DNA of 64,000 nucleotides from the NCBI GenBank assembly GCA_951406725.2, contig OX597817.1:68448001-68512000 (forward strand), given 5' to 3'. Positions within the stretch are counted from its first letter, which is position 1, and every line of letters begins with the position of its first letter. Below, piece after piece: positions 54,830 through 64,000 of the stretch. A program made the position numbers and the translations under genes. The DNA is from Octopus vulgaris. Taxonomy: Eukaryota. The notes beneath the pieces are model-generated. The model made no database searches, had not been told where the DNA came from, and saw only the letters and a program-made list of their open reading frames with translations.

Positions 54830-55286
54830 CACACACATATATGCATACCACTGTGCAAATCATAAGAACTAATATAAGTTGAATCTATCATAAAGCATCC
54901 ACGAAGTTGAAATAAGAATGTAAAGAGATTGTTTCTATGTTATTGTTGTGAGAAAAGAATAAAGGAATTTCCTGAGGGACCGTTTCATGATTTAATGGCC
55001 GCCCCTCACAGAAGTATTATCCGGCTTCTTCAACAGAGCATTCAGTCGCTATATAGTACTGTGTAGTAAAATGGCGGACGGCTTAATTTGCATATTTGTG
55101 TTTACGACGGCTCGTCGTCAATTAAACAATATTTATTTTATGTACAGCTCAGGGTAATCGAGAAAGACTGAAATGAATTTAAACATTATTAAACCGCGTA
55201 TTGTTGTATTGTGTGTTCACGTATATGTTTATATATATTTACGCACAAATACAGGAGGACTTATTCATCGTTGCATACGCACATAC

Positions 55287-55330
<44 letters not shown>

Positions 55331-56323
55331 ACATTACGAGTGCAATGCATCAACACAGAGTATATCTATGTTTATCTGTCTGTCTATATAACTATCTATC
55401 CATCTATCTATGTGTCTGTCTGTTCGTCCGTCCTTCGGTCTGTACGTAGTACATATGTATGAATGTATGCATGTATGTATGTTTGTATCTATGTATATGC
55501 ATAGACTACTACACACATTCATAAATCTCTGGAACTGTCTTCACCGAATCAAAACAAGCTTTGTCACTTAGTAACCGGTTTGAATTCTGCCAAGAACTTG
55601 AATAACTCATAAGGGAAGATGTGTACATGAATATATATATGCACATACATATATCTAGAAGCACACACACAAACACACATTCACATAGTCTCATATATTG
55701 TTATGCACACACGCATTTCCATCAAATTATTTTCCTCTTATTATTTTACAGTTTTAGTAAGTGTGATGACCATCTTGATACTTCTGAGAACTGTAAAACG
55801 CAGAAGAAATTTCTTACTAAAAACAAAATTTTGTCAACTACAGCCTTTTAGCTTCTGACCAGCGCCAGAACAACAGCGACTTCTTCCTCTGCTGTAAGGC
55901 ATTATTCTTCTCACACACCAGCTAATTTGAATTGTCTAAAGTCGAAAGACGCCTGTTGTTTTTGTCATGTTATTATTATTATTGTTTTTTGTATTTATAT
56001 TCGTATTACTTTTTGTTTTTTGTATTTATTTTCGTGTAACATCGTCCGTTTTTCTGTCCTTGTTTCGTATACATTCGATCCTTTTCCCAAGAAATCTAAT
56101 GCTCGTAGCTTAGCTTTTCCTTGGGGCTGACCAGATCGGAGCAATCTCAAGATTAATCAGCCGAAATTGCGAGGATGATCCGGTTCTTCACTGAAGATTA
56201 GAAGCTTCGAATGACCCGTCCGTTTTCGTATCGTCTATTTGAATGTTTTGCGTTCTTGTCCCATTTTGTATTTCTATATATATTTTTTATACATATATTT
56301 ATGCGACGTACGTACACACCTTC

Positions 56324-56403
<80 letters not shown>

Positions 56404-56405
<2 letters not shown>

Positions 56406-56668
56406 CCAAAATCAGGGAATGGAGTAGATAAAATCCAGGCTACATATATTTCATAGCTAGCAGAAGCTCGAAAGTAGAAATTGTTCAAACAAAGGATAAT
56501 CCGATAGCTACTCCTCGGGTCAAGGATACCTTAATCAAATGCAGTTTACATTGGCGTGACGGGATCCCATGTAAACTCGCAGATTTGATCGACATTTGAT
56601 TAAGGTATCTTTGGCCCAACGAAACATATGTAGCCTGGATTTTATCTACTTTTTCCCTAATTTTGGAT
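56404..56668. repeat. Nested fold-back (MITE-like) element
   Basis: agtagataaaatccaggctacatat versus atatgtagcctggattttatctact; inner gataccttaatcaaatg versus catttgattaaggtatc. Confidence 0.85.
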
Positions 56669-56899
56669 TTTTATTCGCATACACAACAACCCCAGCTGCT
56701 AACCGTGAACTATAAAATAACTTCTTTCAGTTTATCGAACTTCGATATGGGAAACGTTTACAACTTACTACGTTAATAAACCACTATTTTTTCTGAAGGT
56801 TGTTTTTTATACCTTCTACAGACTGCTCCAAGGTTACTAACTTCCTACAGCTTGATCTTTGGATCTTACGTTTACACACACGCGTATGCACACACACAC

Positions 56900-57105
56900 A
56901 CACTTGTGTGTGTTTCTGTGTGTCTGCGTTTGTGCCCACCACCGCTTGACAGTAAACTAGCAGTTCGGCAAAAGCCAATAGAATAAGTACCGTACTTTAA
57001 AAAAAATTCGTTTTCAAAGTACCGGAGTCGATTCATTCAACTAAAAATTATTTAAGGCGGTATCCAAGCATGACCGCAGTCTAATGAGTGAAAAAGTAAA
57101 AGAAT
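56900..57105 (+). mobile_element. SINE family B 3' half
   Basis: accgcttgaca..gttcggcaaaag..agaataagtac..gcatgaccgcagtc. Confidence 0.7.
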
Positions 57106-57976
57106 ATAAGAAAGAACAGTATATAAAAACAACAGGGGAATTGTTAGTGTTGGATGGTTTTTGTATTTGATTTTTCTTTGTTCTTCTTTTTGTCGTTTTC
57201 TTTTGTGATTATTGTTTGTGTATTTTCCCGGTGTTGTTAGTTATATGGTTGCGGGTTTCGTCGATTTGTTGTGGTGCTGCAGCTGTGGTGGTGGTAGTGA
57301 AGATGTAGTAATATGGCTGATTAAAAAGAAGACTGCTGCCTTTTCATTTTCCCTGGCTTTCAATCTCACAGGTTTTCTACATCCTTCTATTTCATCTAGC
57401 GGCGAGTTATCAGAGTCAGAATGTTCCGCTGCCTCTCGTGGGGTTTTAGTAATGTGACAAACAATTTTGTATTTGTTTTCACAAGATCCCTCTTGATGTT
57501 ATGGCAGCAGTTCATGCTTGAGTTGTAGAAGTGGTTGCTTTCCCTGTTGCTACTACTTATGTTGCAATAGCTGATTACTGTACCGTGACAGTCTCGTTTT
57601 TCTCCTCCTCCTCTTCTTCTTCCCCTGTATTGTTGACTGTGACGGAGGGAGGGGAGGAAAGTTTTCATCCATTACCATACTAGTAGGAGGGTTTGTTTTG
57701 TTTTTTTCTCGACTCTTTCAAGACGCGCTCCGCCTTCTTGATGACTTGTATTTGATTCAATTAAATTTGACGCCCACCGAAATTATTTGGTGGGCCGAAA
57801 ATCGCCCTTCTGGGGGCTACACGACCATAAAAAGCCAATAATAGGTTCTTGGTGTTTATATTCACAACTTGGAATCAGATAATTATTGACAAAGGACACA
57901 ATCCTGGTGTAAATAAATATTTTGAACTGGGCTTATTTGGAGCGTTTGGAAACATGTCCGATGCGTTCCGCAGCAA

Positions 57977-58050
<74 letters not shown>

Positions 58051-58054
<4 letters not shown>

Positions 58055-58361
58055 TAGCAAAATGGGCTGATTGCTACCTAACTCAGATACCAGGAAACCC
58101 AAAAATGGCAGAAATTCAAAAGATAGTGCTCATGGGAACTGCACATATCCTACGCAAAATATGTAATCTCAAGTTTTAAAACAAACATAATTTTCGTATG
58201 GTTTTTTTTTAGACATTCACTAGTACAACACTAAATACAAAACCAAATATATGGCACACTAGGCATAACAACAACACGAACTTCCAACCTGTAGTCTCTT
58301 GAGGTATCTGGGTGAGTCTTGGAGCCAACTTGTACAAATATAAAGCAAAAGTCAAACATAG
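58051..58361 (+). mobile_element. Dong-like LINE 3' end, second subfamily
   Basis: Matches 47918-48230; (AAT)n on both sides. Confidence 0.85.
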
Positions 58362-58387
58362 AATAATAATAATAATGATAATAATAA

Positions 58388-58529
58388 TCTTTTCTACTAT
58401 AGGCAGAAGATCTGAAATTTTCGGGGATGGGGCCAGTCAGTTAGATCGACCACAGTATGCAACTGGTATTTAAGTTACCGACTTCGAAAGGATGAAAGGC
58501 AAAGTCGACCTCGGCGGAATTTGAACTCA
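58388..58529 (-). mobile_element. SINE family A, partial
   Basis: gaaaggatgaaaggcaaagtcgacctcggcggaatttgaactca. Confidence 0.75.
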
Positions 58530-58632
58530 ATAAACGAGTTTTGACGTATCTGAATGAAACCCCGGCTGCAACTGCATTTTATTAAAGCAAAGCCAAAACA
58601 TACTTCCGCTGCCGATGCTGCTGCTGCTGCTG

Positions 58633-58672
<40 letters not shown>

Positions 58673-58682
58673 CACCACCACC

Positions 58683-58773
<91 letters not shown>

Positions 58774-58823
58774 TTAATAATAATAATAATGATGATGATG
58801 ATTATAATAATAATAATAATAAT

Positions 58824-60098
58824 AAATATCCTTAACTGGACACGAAATGAACTGTCCAAAATAGATAGGAAAACAAGAAAAATACTGACAGGATCTAGGA
58901 TGCATCACCCAAAATCTGACATAGAAAGACTATATATACAACGTATAGAAGGTGGTAGAGGCCTTATACAGCTGGAAAACTACTATAAAATAACCACCAT
59001 AGGACTGCAAAAATACCTACTTCAGAAGGAAGGAAAACTGATCCAGATAGCAGCAAAACACGAGCAAAACAAAAAGCTGTTCTCAGTATTTAAGGAAGCT
59101 GACAAATACAAACAAGAAATCATACCACCTAATAAACACGAAGAAGAAGAAGAAGATGATGAAGAAACAACAAAAGCTATAAAACAAATGAAATCCAAAC
59201 TAAAAATAGAACAGCAACGAACCATGATAAAACGATGGCAAGAAAAGCCCCTTCATGGTAAATACTGCACTAAACTAAACGCAAAAGAAATAGATAAAGA
59301 AAAATCCCAGCAATGGTTAAGAAGCTCAGGACTCAAAGCAGAAACAGAGGGATTTTTAATTGCAGCACAAGACCAAAGCCTCCCCACCAGAAATTACCAT
59401 AAACATGTAATGAAAAGAAATATTACAAGTAACTGCAGAATATGTGGAGATGGACAAGAAACAATAAATCATATTATCTCTAGCTGCCCAGTCCTGGCTA
59501 AGAAGGAATATATTCACAGACATGACAGAGTTGGAACCTACATACATTGGAAGCTATGCCAACATTATGGAATAACAACAGAAAAAAGATGGTATAGGCA
59601 CACACCAGAAAAGGTCACAGAAAACGAGAAAGCAACCATACTCTGGGATATGCCGATACACACAGATAGAGAAATTAAGGCCAACAGACCAGATATAGTT
59701 GTCAGAGATCATGAAGAAAAAAATGCTTTCTAATTGATGTATCAATACCGGCAGATGACAACGTGTCTCTAAAAGAAATGGAGAAACTCTCAAAATACAA
59801 AGACCTGGAAATAGAGGTAACTAGAATATGGAATCTGAAAACAGAAACAATTCCTATCATAGTAGGTGCATTAGGCATGATAAAAAAATATTCAGACAAA
59901 TACATAACAAAAACACCAGGACTTACAAACACATATAACATACAGAAAATTGCACTACTAGGCACTGCACACATCCTACGCAGAACAGTTTCCATACAAT
60001 AACCATCAGAGCATCACAACAAATCACAGCACATACCCAAGGCACACAGAGCTGCGCTCGGTAGTGAAGTGAAAGCACGCTATAAAAATAAAACTACT
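58824..60098 (+). mobile_element. R4/Dong-clade LINE, 5'-truncated (post-RT region, CCHC finger, RLE endonuclease)
   Basis: RLYIQRIEGGRGL, CRICGDGQETINHIISSC, RHD, RPDIVV; one frameshift in an A-run near 59720; (AAT)n flanks. Confidence 0.92.
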
Positions 60099-60099
60099 A

Positions 60100-60944
<845 letters not shown>

Positions 60945-61542
60945 GAAAATAATTTAAATTAATTTTTTTCATTTCCACAAATTATGTATTTAGTAAGAAT
61001 CGCCGATGTTCTTGTAGACAAATGCGGAGTCAGATTGTCCTTGGTTTATTGAATAATTATGTGTCTATTATCTACTATAAATTTATTTGTAACCCATTTA
61101 GAAATAAGACACACCCACCCAACCGCCACACACATATACCCACACAGAAACACACACACACACACTCACGCACACATACATATGAAAGACGTATTGCATT
61201 GTTAAACTCAAACTCACTGATGGGAATCAACGTCTTTTAAACGGAAAGAAAAATTTCCGTTATCTTCTCTTCTCTTCTCTTCTCTTTTTTTTTCTCACAG
61301 ATTTTAATTTCAGTTATTCTAACAGCTTGATATCAGTGTATCAGAATATTGATTTCAGTACTATCGCTATAGATTGCCGATTAAGAACTTATTCAATAGA
61401 TTTGTATTTCGCTGCCACACCATTACTGCACACACACACACACATGTATGTATGTATGTATGTATGTATGTATGTATGTATGTATGTATGTATGTATGTA
61501 TGTATGTATGTATACATGTATGTATGTTAGTATATGTATATA

Positions 61543-61575
<33 letters not shown>

Positions 61576-62137
61576 TATATATACATATATGTATATATAT
61601 ATATATATGTGTATATATATATACATATATATATATATGTGTATACATATATACATATATATATATGTGTATATATTTACATATATATATGTATACATAT
61701 ATATATAAATATATATATATATATACATATATATATGAATGTATATATATATATATGTATGCGTGTGTGTGTGTACGCGTGTGTGTGTGTATGTACTTGT
61801 GCATTTATTTGCTAGAATAAAGATTTCACAAACAATACAATAATAATTTCAAGAAATTTATTTTGTCATTTTAATGTTTTAATGGCGGGTACTTGTGAGT
61901 GCTTACTGCTTCGTACCCCGCAATCAAAAATGTAGCGGCATACTATATTTAGAAGAATGCTAAATAGATATTTTACACATTGAGGGGTAGTAGGCAGGGA
62001 GCCGAGTGGAAAGAGCGGAGTACAAGTACTCCGGAAGGAGGCGTGATGTTGATTGAACGAAAAAAGGAAAGTAAAAGTGCAGGCGAGTTGAATTTACAGC
62101 CACATTGGATGTGTGTGTGCGTGTGCCTCTGTGTGCA

Positions 62138-62213
<76 letters not shown>

Positions 62214-62219
62214 TGACCG

Positions 62220-62413
62220 CGCACACTTAATGCATGTATTTTGCTTGTTCGCCAGTTCGCTACGGAACAGCGCTCTGGGGACGGTTAAATTTAATTACGA
62301 ATGAGTCTGGGGGCGAATTGTTTTAGTAGCCAGTACTATGAAGGAGTCATCCCCAGAGTGCTGTCTCGCAGCGAACTAATGAACAAACAAAACTGATACA
62401 TTGAGTTTGTGCG
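62220..62413. repeat. Imperfect inverted repeat with arms of about 62 bp
   Basis: agttcgctacggaacagcgctctgggga versus tccccagagtgctgtctcgcagcgaact. Confidence 0.8.
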
Positions 62414-62465
62414 ATTGGATAATGATCACAACACAAGCCCTGCATTTAACTCGTAATTGGTTATA

Positions 62466-62608
62466 TACGAGTTGGTACTGAAATGTTCCTGGCTTTGGTT
62501 AAAAGAAAATACAGAAGGATCAGTTAATTATGATTTTATTCAACATATTCTCCTCTCAGATTCATACACTTATTGCAGCGGTCCTTCAGCTTTTCTAAGC
62601 CCTGTAAA
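62466..62608 (-). mobile_element. mariner 3' end with one TIR
   Basis: Reverse complement translates QGLEKLKDRCNKCMNLRGEYVE*; terminus ta-cgag..ctgaaatgttcctggcttt. Confidence 0.75.
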
Positions 62609-62806
62609 GGCACTCGGAAGTTTGGGCCTCCAACAAGGACTTTCGCAATATCGGCACAGCTCGGTGCAGCCCCAAAAACCTGCTATTGCCAGATGTTTTC
62701 ATTACATTGTTGCACATACACAATTTATATACATTTCGCCATGTATGCATATAAATAAATACATATATATGCATATGTGTGTACATGTTAAACTATATGT
62801 ATATAT

Positions 62807-62978
62807 AGGCGCAGGAGTGGCTGTGTGGTAAGTAGCTTGCTAACCAACCACATGGTTCCGGGTTCAGTCCCACTGCGTGGCATCTTGGGCAAGTGTCTTC
62901 TGCTATAGCCCAAGGCCGACCAGTGCCTTGTGAGTGGATTTAGTAGACGGAAACTGAAAGAAGCCTGTCGTATATATG

Positions 62979-63019
<41 letters not shown>

Positions 63020-63229
63020 TTGTGTGTCTGTGTTTGTCCCCCTAGCATTGCTTGGCAACCGATGCTGGTGTGTTTACGTCCCCGTCACCTAGCGGTTCGG
63101 CAAAAGAGACCGATAGAATAAGTACTGGGCTTACAAAAAATAAGTCCTGGGGTCGATTTTCTCGACTAAAGGCGGTGCTCCAGCATGGCCGCAGTCAAAT
63201 GACTGAAACAAGTAATAGAGTAAAAAGAG
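62807..63229 (+). mobile_element. SINE family B, full length and young
   Basis: Complete head, core, (TA)n(TG)n spacer and tail. Confidence 0.92.
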
Positions 63230-63769
63230 AGAATATATATATAGTTTGATTCTTGATCTGAATTCACATCCTCTCTTGGTGAATCCCAACCTCTCAAGGA
63301 TGATTTCACCAGTGGATCGCTTCCTTGATTCTGTCTTGGAACTCTAATCACGGATTCTTACCTTCTCAATAATTAGATTCTAGTGTCTAACCGTACACTG
63401 TTTTGATTTTTATAATGCCAATCTATGAGGAATTCACGAGCTTTCCTATTCTTCTATACCTTCTGTACTCTACTTTACCAACGTGCCAAATCTGAAATCT
63501 TTCGTCCACCATTTACCCTGTCGTCTCAAATTACTTCTGGTCATTCACCCTGCCGTGATGGAGAGATATAAGATGCGTTTCCCCAACTTTCTTTCGTCAA
63601 TCTTTTCTCTTCATCTTTATCCACTCTTTCAGGCGAGCGAATAATCAAAACATCAAAGAATTCTTTTTTTCCTTTTTTCCCCATTTCCTGAGCGTCAAAC
63701 TAATACCAAATGTTTGCTTCATTTTCACGTAATCTTCGTGTTGTATGTTTCATAATCGTTGCAATATCA

Positions 63770-64000
63770 TGTCATCATATAAAGCACCACCCTGAGGCTG
63801 TAACTGATGGAGGAAATGTCACGATTCTTTGGGACTTCCCAGTATGTACACACCGGACCATCAAAGCAAATAAACCAGATATTGTTGTGAAAGACCAAAT
63901 CAATAAAGTCTGTTTATTGATTGACATGAGCATATCCTGACATGATAATTTCTCGGCAAAAGAATTTGATAAGCTCAGAAATTATAGAGATTTGCTAATC
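63770..64000 (+). mobile_element. Dong-like LINE RLE fragment running off the window
   Basis: VTILWDFPVCTHRTIKANKPDIVVKD..LLIDMSI. Confidence 0.85.

Noticed and set aside
57750-57815. HDV-like ribozyme near Dong elements
   Set aside because: A P4-like hairpin followed by CGAA exists, but P1, P1.1 and P3 could not be built.
58615-58823. Leu/Pro/Ile-rich N-terminus of the 372-aa ORF as a signal peptide
   Set aside because: It is a (GCT)(ACT)(ACC)(AAT) microsatellite upstream of the truncated LINE, in frame by chance.

Overview
AT-rich, microsatellite-dense animal DNA, intergenic or deep intronic. The SINE, LINE and microsatellite content points to a coleoid cephalopod, probably Octopus (inference). 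No host protein-coding gene, rRNA or true tRNA gene is supported, and most of the ORF track is microsatellite translation. The window is a mosaic of mobile elements: three tRNA-derived SINE families, CR1/L2-type RT LINEs, several R4/Dong-type restriction-like-endonuclease LINEs in (AAT)n tracts, Penelope-like RT and GIY-YIG fragments, DD37D and mariner transposons, and a heavily decayed Helitron. The main leads are: (1) a non-coding 482-bp unit in tandem plus inverted, circularly permuted copies, each with a minimal type I hammerhead-like ribozyme (15.6-16.8 kb), with further hammerhead-like motifs in other families; (2) a young, in-frame R2-like/CR1-like chimeric retroinsertion inside a SINE; (3) a 3' stem-loop shared by a SINE and a LINE, with a compensatory change; (4) many fold-back elements. 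All assignments are by eye, with no database search or folding computation.
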